From a virus: DNA of 64,000 bases. The stretch lies in the IMG/VR virus record IMGVR_UViG_3300027659_000027, positions 1 through 64,000 of that record; one strand, written 5' to 3'. The translations under genes and the position numbers were made by a program. The first letter of the stretch is position 1. Every line of letters starts with the position of its first letter. Positions 56,606 to 64,000 of this stretch are shown piece by piece. Below the pieces are notes generated by a model. That model made no database searches. It had not been told where the DNA came from and was given only the letters and a program-made list of their open reading frames with translations.

Positions 56606-57280
56606 TTAGAATGGTTTAGGCTTTAGGGTTTCCGGATCTTCTGATACGGGTACTTCAGTAGAGGCTGGTACTATGCCTCTGTTGTAATCAATTTGCAGTA
56701 TGCTCTGAATGATGAGCTGCATTATATCCCCGGTAACCGGGTACTCCTTGTTGTAGAAGTCGCAATCGGTAGAGTTACCGAGGTCACAGTTAAGCTTAGC
56801 TGCTTCTTCAGGATTGTCAAATATGCCCTCAACACGAAGCATTGGTAAGTGCTGGTTACCATACACCCTAACATTTATAGAGTCCCATGTGTACCTTATC
56901 ACTTTCTTTGAGTACTTACCTTCCTGCATATACGTCATAAACCCGGAAGGGGTCTCTTGAAAAGGGTTCATACCATTCACTGATCCAACATAATCGAATA
57001 AGATTGCATTTGCCCTTAGTGGCTTTGGCAGTGGAGACTTGGTAATAGATATAGCGCACCCTGGAAAAGAAGTACAGCATGGTACCTCAGAGGTCTCCTC
57101 CATTGGGATAAACACCGTCTGGCGGAAGAACTTCCTCTCCCGTTGGTCTTTATCCACGGAGTTCTTGATCAGCCTCGAACGCCATATATGTATGCGCTCT
57201 ATAAGCTGCAGTTTGAATGGAATGTCCAGCTCTTTCTTAAGCTGCCCGGCAATAAGGGTAGTGGCTTCGTTTAGGGTCAT
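56606..57280 (-). CDS. Tail ring/adaptor structural protein
   Basis: MTLNE start, Cys cluster, LRVEGIFDNPEE...C...YP motif. Confidence 0.65.
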   Translation of the reverse strand: MTLNEATTLIAGQLKKELDIPFKLQLIERIHIWRSRLIKNSVDKDQRERKFFRQTVFIPMEETSEVPCCTSFPGCAISITKSPLPKPLRANAILFDYVGSVNGMNPFQETPSGFMTYMQEGKYSKKVIRYTWDSINVRVYGNQHLPMLRVEGIFDNPEEAAKLNCDLGNSTDCDFYNKEYPVTGDIMQLIIQSILQIDYNRGIVPASTEVPVSEDPETLKPKPF

Positions 57281-57294
57281 GGTTATCGGATTTG

Positions 57295-57324
57295 AAAAAG
57301 GGCAGTATCACTACCGCCCCTTTT
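57295..57324 (-). terminator. Intrinsic terminator after the auxiliary capsid gene
   Basis: - strand AAAAGGGGCGGTA-GTGA-TACTGCCCTTTTT. Confidence 0.8.
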
Positions 57325-57343
57325 AGGTATCTATTTTCTTGGG

Positions 57344-58546
57344 TTAAGCAAATGTTGCCGCAATGTTGGCGCCCTGTCCAGCAGGTACAACCACAAAGAT
57401 GTAACCCTTGTTCTGATGTAGCTCAATTGGTGTTGGAGAAGATTCAGACTTCACACCAGTTATAGTAACCACGTCAAAGGTTGTGTTCCCTGCAGCAATG
57501 GCTGCATCAAGTACACTTACAGGCTCTCCAAACTCAGAGGCAGTAAAACCATCGGCCGGATACTGTGTGTTGTTACCACGCTTGATGTTGCCTTCCAGCT
57601 CCAGTTGACGAATCTGAGCCACAGTACCGCTACCTGCATAAGCAGGGGTAGTGTAAGTGTAACCCCAGACGGTATCATTGGTGTTCTGCGCTTTAGACAC
57701 TTCAACATGAACGGCCAGACGAAAATGTCTGTTTACATCAGTTGATATGATCTGTATTCCTGTAGCAGAAGAAACAGCAGTAAAGAACTCACCTTCACTT
57801 GCCAGGTTGATCTTGTCAGCGATAGCGGCTAAAGCAGCTGTTTGGGTTGAGGTCATAACAGCCTGGTAATCGTAAGTAGGTAAAGCATTGTTCAACGGAG
57901 TTGTTTCAATTACCTTGAATACAATCTCCTGGGTTACTTTTACAGTACCTGAAGTGATAGCCAGTGTTGTGTCCTGAAGTGTTGGGGCTTTGTATGCAGT
58001 ATTCACCGCATTAATAGTTCCTCCGATAAATGGTGTTGGCGAAACAACTGTTGAAATTCCACCACTTACTTCATTTACGTAAGCAAAAACAATTGGCTGC
58101 TTTTTCTGAGCAGCAGTAAGAACTGTACCAAAGGTTAAACCCTTCTGGGCTTTTGTACCTTCGTCTGCAAACGCTTGGTAATTACCAACCACGGTTGCTA
58201 CGGCAGTAACTACAACTGTAGGATCAGTAGTGTAACCTGTACCGGCAGCAGTAACCGTAAATGCGGTAACAATACCACCAACTACTGTTGCAGTAGCTGT
58301 AGCACCAGTACCACCACCACCAACGATGGTAACTAATGGTGGAGTTGCATACAATGTACCACCTACACCAACAGCAATAGAGCCTACAGTAGTGGTAGAC
58401 CTGGTAACAATACCAGTTGCTCCTGAGCCAGGTGCCTGTACAAATGAAGGGAATGTTGGAAAGCTAACTGCTGTCCTTGGTGTAAAACCAATTGCAAGCT
58501 CGAATGGAACCCCAACGGTTGTTTTAAAGAATTTGTTCTGGATCAT
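57344..58546 (-). CDS. Auxiliary capsid/decoration protein with inserted Gly/Thr-rich beta module
   Basis: C-terminal GSGT..QIRQLE...FDVVTI...IFVVVP; followed by a strong terminator. Confidence 0.6.
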   Translation of the reverse strand: MIQNKFFKTTVGVPFELAIGFTPRTAVSFPTFPSFVQAPGSGATGIVTRSTTTVGSIAVGVGGTLYATPPLVTIVGGGGTGATATATVVGGIVTAFTVTAAGTGYTTDPTVVVTAVATVVGNYQAFADEGTKAQKGLTFGTVLTAAQKKQPIVFAYVNEVSGGISTVVSPTPFIGGTINAVNTAYKAPTLQDTTLAITSGTVKVTQEIVFKVIETTPLNNALPTYDYQAVMTSTQTAALAAIADKINLASEGEFFTAVSSATGIQIISTDVNRHFRLAVHVEVSKAQNTNDTVWGYTYTTPAYAGSGTVAQIRQLELEGNIKRGNNTQYPADGFTASEFGEPVSVLDAAIAAGNTTFDVVTITGVKSESSPTPIELHQNKGYIFVVVPAGQGANIAATFA

Positions 58547-58565
58547 AGGTAATGGGTTTTAAGGT

Positions 58566-59624
58566 TTAAAGGGTGACTCTTCTCGAAATGTCTGATTCAC
58601 TTATCGCTGCTCCAGTGGCATTCTCCAGTACACCTTTAAGGTGCTCCACTGTTAAGTCGCATAGTGCATCGTGAAAGTCCTCAGACACCTCGCAATCTGT
58701 ACCCAAAAGTAAAGAGATAGACTGTGGCTTCCTCAGGTAGGACACGTTGACCTTATTTACTATAAAGCTAACGTCGTTATAGATGTATAAGTTTGTGCCC
58801 ACTAACTCGGATATTGGAGATTTATTGGAGGTTTTATAGAACGCAGTGCTCAGCAGGTCGGGTATAACAGAGGATGCAGTCAACCGGTTTGACACCAGAG
58901 GGCCATCTCCTTTATGTTGTACCATTACCCTTGTTAGTGAAGTGCCGGGAGTGCCAGCATTGCCGTCTATTAACATAGCTGATGGAACTGCAGCATTTGT
59001 TGCCACAACCAGTATGTAAGTAGACGGGATATAAATATCATCGAACTTCTCCCAGTACACTTCGTATCCTGCACGGCGGAAGGTTTGCAGGATAAACGGG
59101 GTAATAAAATTGACGTCCTGCCTCATAGGGTACCCGCCATAGGTATTGTTGTAAGGCAAGTCTCCTGGGATGGCCACAGTCTTATCACTTAATGTAACCT
59201 GTACGGTTACGTAAAAAGGTGAGCTAACTTTAACTGTCTTGTCCTGCCTTATCTTTACAACAGACAATGTAACTACAGGCAACTCTTCAGCTACCAACCC
59301 ACAAAGATCTGTAGCGTTAGAAGAGTCACTCAGCAGGTGAGTATAGTCTGAAGGTAAATAACATACATACCGGTTGCTGGTAGTGACATAAGCAGGTAGA
59401 ACACGATTGCTTACTATAAGGTTACGTACGGAGTCAACGTCCAGTTGGTCTACTTCAAAGCCTCCTGAGCCGTCCTTTCTCGGTTTAACCTTCGACTGGA
59501 TGAACCTGTTCATCACTTTGTTAAGTGCCAGGTCAATCTCCTCGTATAGGAACTTACGTGTACGGTTTGCGAACACCTTTTGAATGCCCTGCTCAACCTG
59601 AATATGCATGTCTTTTACTGTCAT
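58566..59624 (-). CDS. Tail ring (head-tail adaptor) protein
   Basis: MTVKDMH...EEIDLALNK...LPSDY...YLRKP..I...CE....H..LCDL. Confidence 0.72.
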   Translation of the reverse strand: MTVKDMHIQVEQGIQKVFANRTRKFLYEEIDLALNKVMNRFIQSKVKPRKDGSGGFEVDQLDVDSVRNLIVSNRVLPAYVTTSNRYVCYLPSDYTHLLSDSSNATDLCGLVAEELPVVTLSVVKIRQDKTVKVSSPFYVTVQVTLSDKTVAIPGDLPYNNTYGGYPMRQDVNFITPFILQTFRRAGYEVYWEKFDDIYIPSTYILVVATNAAVPSAMLIDGNAGTPGTSLTRVMVQHKGDGPLVSNRLTASSVIPDLLSTAFYKTSNKSPISELVGTNLYIYNDVSFIVNKVNVSYLRKPQSISLLLGTDCEVSEDFHDALCDLTVEHLKGVLENATGAAISESDISRRVTL

Positions 59625-59646
59625 AATGGTAGGGTTTTAATCGAAG

Positions 59647-60600
59647 TTAGTTTGCAGTTTTTGCTGCTCTTGGTTTAACTACAGTACCTGGCTTCTTTGG
59701 AGGTAGCGGTCTTTTCACTGCTTCCTGCATTCTTGCTTTGTACAATGACACAAACTCAGAGTTTTCTTCATCTTTGAAATAGAAGATCACTTCGTCTATG
59801 TTATTACCAATCATCTTGTTGGTTTCGCCATCAAGATACTTGGCACCGATAACTTTTAGCACTCCGGTATTAACCATGGTTTTTATCCAGTAGCGAACCT
59901 CAAGATCAGCTTCTGTATACATCTTGGAAAACTCGGCCGGGTCAAGCTCTGACTGAGCACGTAATTCTTCCTGCTTAAGCGATAAAGCTTCGGTACCGGT
60001 AAACTCTCTTGGGTCAATACCCAGAAGGGTAAGCATAGAGTCCACTTTGATGGCATCGTTCTTTATCTCCAGGTATATCTGCAGAGCAATGTCTTTGTCG
60101 TCGTTCTTCTTGGTATTCTTCTTGATCACATCCGATTTATCGAATATGTAGAACTCTTTCAATTGGTTACCATCAGCCTCTTCTTTGGTAACAGCAACAC
60201 TTGGATGGCCAATGGCATGACGATACCTCAGGTAGTCGTCAAGCTTTAAAGGCATGTTCTTCTCACTCACCGGCTTGGCATTGTCCATGTCCATACCTAT
60301 CTCTAACTGACGGCCAGTACCATGAGGTACTTGAGTGTCAAGCTCTACGTAATAGTTAGACACCTTTTTGCGGAACTCCCTGTCTTCTGCAGGTACATCA
60401 AGCAGGTACGGTAACAAAAATGCCTCTTCGCTGAATGTAAGCCCACTGGCTATCCTCTTGGATGAGGTAGACTCCCAGTAGGAGCCAACTGACTTCTTTG
60501 TGGTTGAAAGAAAGTCTTCTACGTCCTTACCTTGTGCTCGTGACAGGAAAGATCCTGCTCTGAACAAGGTTACAATCTTACTGTTCTTGTGATTACTCAT
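59647..60600 (-). CDS. Conserved crAss-type structural-block protein downstream of MCP
   Basis: GL...EE..LLP..L, P...DDYLRY, helical C-terminus; conserved position. Confidence 0.65.
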   Translation of the reverse strand: MSNHKNSKIVTLFRAGSFLSRAQGKDVEDFLSTTKKSVGSYWESTSSKRIASGLTFSEEAFLLPYLLDVPAEDREFRKKVSNYYVELDTQVPHGTGRQLEIGMDMDNAKPVSEKNMPLKLDDYLRYRHAIGHPSVAVTKEEADGNQLKEFYIFDKSDVIKKNTKKNDDKDIALQIYLEIKNDAIKVDSMLTLLGIDPREFTGTEALSLKQEELRAQSELDPAEFSKMYTEADLEVRYWIKTMVNTGVLKVIGAKYLDGETNKMIGNNIDEVIFYFKDEENSEFVSLYKARMQEAVKRPLPPKKPGTVVKPRAAKTAN

Positions 60601-60635
60601 GTGATCGGGGTTTAGGGTTACTGTCGATTAGGGTG

Positions 60636-60643
60636 CAAAGCTA
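60636..60643 (-). promoter_or_regulatory. Bacteroidota primary-sigma -7 element (TAGCTTTG)
   Basis: Exact TAnnTTTG immediately downstream of the MCP terminator, 35 nt before the next ATG. Confidence 0.55.
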
Positions 60644-60649
60644 CATAAG

Positions 60650-60681
60650 AAAGGCCCCCACCTTTCACAGTAGGGGCCTTT
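60650..60681 (-). terminator. Intrinsic terminator after the major capsid gene
   Basis: AAAGGCCCC...GGGGCCTTT inverted repeat followed by CTT on the - strand. Confidence 0.75.
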
Positions 60682-60699
60682 ACTTCTTAACAGGGTGCT

Positions 60700-62220
60700 T
60701 TAGCTAAGCCCTGCAACGCACTGCAAATCAAAACATCTGTTCGCGCGTAATATCTGGATACCGGCAGACTTGATCCTGGTGTAAGCAGACTTGTCAACGT
60801 CAGTTGCAAGTAACTTGCTGTCATCAATACCTGCACTGTTACCACCTAACATGATCTCCAGTGAGCGAGGAATCTCGCACAAACCTTTGATCACACCATG
60901 ACGGAATGAACGCCCTTTCTGAGCAACGTGCTGAATGTTCGGCTTGCCGTCAACATCGTTGTCATCCAGGAACACCATCCTGTAACTCTCAAGTGGTAAA
61001 CCACTCTCGGGGTGTAAAGGTGATACCATAGCCTTACGGCCGGTGTCAAAAATCGGGTTGTACTTCACCTTAATGGTGTAGCCGTCAACGTGGTAGAAAC
61101 CATCGAAGAAGCCACCAAGCATCAGGTTACGTCCTGTACCGGTTACAAACTTATCAGCAACACCAGTGAAATCGGTCATCAGCGTAGCGCCTCTTTCCTT
61201 CATCGCGTTGTCAATCTCTCTGCGTCCGCCAGTACCTGTCATCAACGTAATGGTCATGTTGCCACTGTCGGACTGTCCGAATAATGCATCACCCACTTTG
61301 TTGCTCAGGGTATTGTAGGTTAAACGTGAATACGTTCCTTTGTTACCAATCTGCTCAAGTAAGCCAGAGCCACGAGGGATAACCTTACCAGTGTACAGGT
61401 CTTTCAATGGGATAGTACCATCGGCCAGCCTGTTGTACCTGCTGTACCAGTAGTAGTGCTCGCAATCTTCCAACCAGCGTTTCTCAAACTGCCACATTGC
61501 AAAGTCTAACCAGAAGTTGGTTTCGCCTTTATCTGTCTGTGCAGTAATACGCATTACTTTCTGAGCGGCATTACCTGCCCAGCTCATACCGGTACGCATG
61601 AAGCCCATTTGGTTCTTGAATGAACCTGGCATAGCCATGCTTGACTCAGTAGTACGAGACTCTGATTCAGCAACAGCTGTGTTGATGGCTATCCATTTCA
61701 CACCCTGAGCCAATTGGTCTGTAGGGCAGAAATCTTTCGGGCCGGCAGGATCTAACTGCACCTTGTACTTAAAGCCACCGGTTGGGTTTGGTTCGGGATC
61801 GTCCAATACATACGCTTGGATACCTCTTTCACTTTCAATGGTGAAAAAGCGTTTGATCCAGTTGTCGCCAAGGATGATGTAGAACGGTTGGTGGGCAATA
61901 CCCGGCTTATCACCGGATACATACAAAGAATCGTATGTGATACTCACTTTGTTGTCACGACCCATTACAGGGTACGTATATTGTACATCGTCCAGCTCAA
62001 CAGCTGCTTTGCCATTACCGTAGCCAACTCCACCTACTGTCATAGTAGAAATGGGGAATGACTTATTGTAATCGCCTAAGATGTACGTCAGTTTCTTTGT
62101 AAGCTCAGAAGGAGCGCCTTGCCTCTGGTGGTAGAAGTTGGTTTCGTCCAACATCGACTTAGAGTCAAAAATCGTCTCCTGAACCTGATACTTCATGGCC
62201 GGGAATAATTGGTTTGACAT
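60700..62220 (-). CDS. Major capsid protein (crAss-type HK97 fold)
   Basis: 506 aa; KNQMGFMR, GSGLLEQI, TGTGG, P+FD...HPESGLPLESY; followed by a terminator. Confidence 0.9.
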   Translation of the reverse strand: MSNQLFPAMKYQVQETIFDSKSMLDETNFYHQRQGAPSELTKKLTYILGDYNKSFPISTMTVGGVGYGNGKAAVELDDVQYTYPVMGRDNKVSITYDSLYVSGDKPGIAHQPFYIILGDNWIKRFFTIESERGIQAYVLDDPEPNPTGGFKYKVQLDPAGPKDFCPTDQLAQGVKWIAINTAVAESESRTTESSMAMPGSFKNQMGFMRTGMSWAGNAAQKVMRITAQTDKGETNFWLDFAMWQFEKRWLEDCEHYYWYSRYNRLADGTIPLKDLYTGKVIPRGSGLLEQIGNKGTYSRLTYNTLSNKVGDALFGQSDSGNMTITLMTGTGGRREIDNAMKERGATLMTDFTGVADKFVTGTGRNLMLGGFFDGFYHVDGYTIKVKYNPIFDTGRKAMVSPLHPESGLPLESYRMVFLDDNDVDGKPNIQHVAQKGRSFRHGVIKGLCEIPRSLEIMLGGNSAGIDDSKLLATDVDKSAYTRIKSAGIQILRANRCFDLQCVAGLS

Positions 62221-62272
62221 AGGGTTTTAGGTTTTAGGTTATCGGATTCATGTTGGCGTTTAACCGCTACAC

Positions 62273-63442
62273 TTATATATCACTCAAAGGTACGTACCCA
62301 GTTGCTGGTTTAGCGCCAGAACCCGCTTTGGGAGCCGCCCCTAAGGCCTTGTTTACCCTCAGTTTCAGACCCTGTACAGCTTTCGTCCCTGCTCTCTTTT
62401 CCACTAAGGAGGCCAGATCACCTTTTATATACTTAAAGTACAAAGCTTCCAGTACATTTTTGGAATCATCACCTATTTCCAGTACTGAATAGAACTTGCC
62501 ACCTTCATGACGAAGTGAGTTGTTTACAAACTCTTTGAACCCTGCTTTCCTGGCATCGGGTACAATGAACTTAAGGCCACCTTCATCTACTGCTTTACTC
62601 AAAGATGTGGTTACAACTGCACACATATTATTGAACTCTTCTAAGTCGGCAGCAGAATCTGCTTCCATATCAGCAAGCTGCTGTTCCTGTGATGTACGTA
62701 TGCTGTTGTAAGCACCATCAGCTTTAGCCTTCAGGGTGTTCTCTTTGATGGCCTTGGCGAGCATAGCATCAGCTACATCCTCATCCACACCTTTAGTGGT
62801 AAGTGAATTCTTGTACACTTGAGACTGCAGCTCTACGCTGGCCTCAAATGCTGCCTGGTCAGGAAGGGATAATGTCTTGGCTTCAAAGAAAGATACGTCA
62901 TCACCACCGGCCTGACGGTGAAGCATGTATGCATACCCGCGTGGGTCTTGTGCTTTTAGGTGCTCTACCCACTTGTTCACTTCATCCATCCGTATAACCG
63001 CATCACGAAGGGCTACACCTTCCGGGCTTATCGGGTCAACGTCTGCAGGGTATTCTACATTTACTGACTCCCCTGTAAGGGCATCAACTGCAGCAAAGAA
63101 TGCATCAGGAGATGCTGCTTCAGCTGCTGCTTCATCTTCAGCTATCTGCTCTGGCGTTCTTGTGTCCGGTTCATCGTCCTCTGCAGCAGCAGCTGCTACC
63201 TCTGCTGCAAGTTGATCAGCTGCAAGCTTGTCTTCAGCTTCCTGAGCTGCAAGTTGTGTAGCCGCTTCGAGGTCACCAGGCTTAGGCTCTCCATTTCCTG
63301 GTACAATTGGTGGTGGTACTATCACCACGGGTGCAGGAATATTCGGAGCATCGGGGTTAAACAGCTCCTCCAGTGTTGGTGGTAAGGCTGCCGGTGTATC
63401 TACTGGTGCTGGGTCTCTGTACAAAATAGTTGTGATCTTCAT
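62273..63442 (-). CDS. Acidic scaffold-like protein between portal and MCP
   Basis: Pro/Ala/Glu-rich N-terminus, helical core, position. Confidence 0.65.
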   Translation of the reverse strand: MKITTILYRDPAPVDTPAALPPTLEELFNPDAPNIPAPVVIVPPPIVPGNGEPKPGDLEAATQLAAQEAEDKLAADQLAAEVAAAAAEDDEPDTRTPEQIAEDEAAAEAASPDAFFAAVDALTGESVNVEYPADVDPISPEGVALRDAVIRMDEVNKWVEHLKAQDPRGYAYMLHRQAGGDDVSFFEAKTLSLPDQAAFEASVELQSQVYKNSLTTKGVDEDVADAMLAKAIKENTLKAKADGAYNSIRTSQEQQLADMEADSAADLEEFNNMCAVVTTSLSKAVDEGGLKFIVPDARKAGFKEFVNNSLRHEGGKFYSVLEIGDDSKNVLEALYFKYIKGDLASLVEKRAGTKAVQGLKLRVNKALGAAPKAGSGAKPATGYVPLSDI

Positions 63443-63451
63443 ATAAAGGGT

Positions 63452-64000
63452 TTAGGGTTTACTTGGTTTGGGTCTCGCCGCTCTCTTGGCTGCGATAGTC
63501 TTGGTGATGTTATCTCTGCGGCTCTGTACCTCTTTGAGGTCTATCTCTTTGTTCTTAAGTGCGGTCTTGTTGGCGTCAGCAGTTGCTGCTTGTAACCTGT
63601 TGGCATTCGCCTGTTGGGTACCTGCCTCGAACTTATCCCGATCGAGTCTGTGCTTCTCCACTTCCATGATGTCCGGTACTCCGTTGGCGTTGCTGTCCCC
63701 ATCTTTGAATGTCAGGGTATTGAACTCTCCTTTTATCATCTCAAGATCTTCTTTACGGTCATACTCTTTTTCCATGGACTCATCCTTAAGCAGGGTATTG
63801 AACTTAGCAAAACGCTCAGCACGCTCATCTGCAGCTTTAGCTGCTTCCTCAGCGTTGGCAGCTGTACGCTCATCAACCTGGGCCTGGATAGCTTCAATCT
63901 CTTTCAGCTTGGTTTCCATCTCAGCGATACTGTTACCTTTGATGATAGCGGCAATGGTGGACGGCTTAACCTGGTTCTGCAGCATGGCAGTGATAGTGCC
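63452..64000 (-). CDS. Portal protein C-terminal fragment (5' end outside window)
   Basis: AMLQN, coiled coil, DGDSNANGVPDIME motif, basic tail; position upstream of scaffold and MCP. Confidence 0.75.
   Translation of the reverse strand, partial: GTITAMLQNQVKPSTIAAIIKGNSIAEMETKLKEIEAIQAQVDERTAANAEEAAKAADERAERFAKFNTLLKDESMEKEYDRKEDLEMIKGEFNTLTFKDGDSNANGVPDIMEVEKHRLDRDKFEAGTQQANANRLQAATADANKTALKNKEIDLKEVQSRRDNITKTIAAKRAARPKPSKP

Larger units (their letters stand above)
1..64000. mobile_element. Segment of a crAss-like (Crassvirales-type) bacteriophage genome, probable Bacteroidota host
   Basis: Giant virion RNAP with DFDVDK motif; gene order portal-scaffold-MCP-ring proteins-IHF-tail tubular-tail stabilisation-ejection proteins-RNAP; convergent replication and structural blocks; DUF5675-type lysin; SD-less leaders and TAnnTT(T/C)G elements. 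Confidence 0.93.

Noticed and set aside
1-64000. Stop-codon reassignment (TAG/TGA), known in some crAss-like clades
   Set aside because: Long genes are intact in code 11, coding density is high, and TAG and TGA both end genes (e.g. 2940, 3157)
1-64000. CRISPR array, tRNA genes, integrase, inteins
   Set aside because: No regularly spaced repeats, cloverleafs, recombinase motifs or intein splice motifs noticed by eye

Overview
The whole window is part of a crAss-like (Crassvirales-type) podovirus genome, most likely infecting a Bacteroidota host. It reads in the standard genetic code with no sign of stop-codon recoding. The + strand (1-15.7 kb) is the replication/recombination module: family A DNA polymerase C-terminus, stand-alone DnaA-C HTH, SF1 and SF2 helicases, DnaB-like helicase, Sak4-like AAA ATPase, putative SSB, primase, rIIA/rIIB, PD-(D/E)XK resolvase and 5'-3' exonuclease. 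It meets the - strand late module (15.7-64 kb) at a bidirectional terminator. The late module runs: portal C-terminus, putative scaffold, major capsid protein, ring/auxiliary proteins, IHF-like protein, tail tubular protein, a split tail-stabilisation (muzzle) gene, ejection/cargo proteins, a 4221-aa virion RNA polymerase, tail hub/fibre genes, lysis genes and an HTH-metallophosphoesterase. Main leads: (1) a three-gene cassette with a 1791-aa fibre in which all three proteins carry Bacteroidota Sec signal peptides with Gln at +1; (2) near cysteine-free cargo proteins with lone Cys residues at the adjacent C-terminus of the 1805-aa protein and N-terminus of the RNAP; (3) a promoter-inside-a-hairpin translational switch upstream of the tail genes; (4) GG-delimited cargo polyprotein modules; (5) SLOG-, macro- and zincin-like domains fused to the vRNAP. 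All family calls come from motif recognition by eye; no database search was run.
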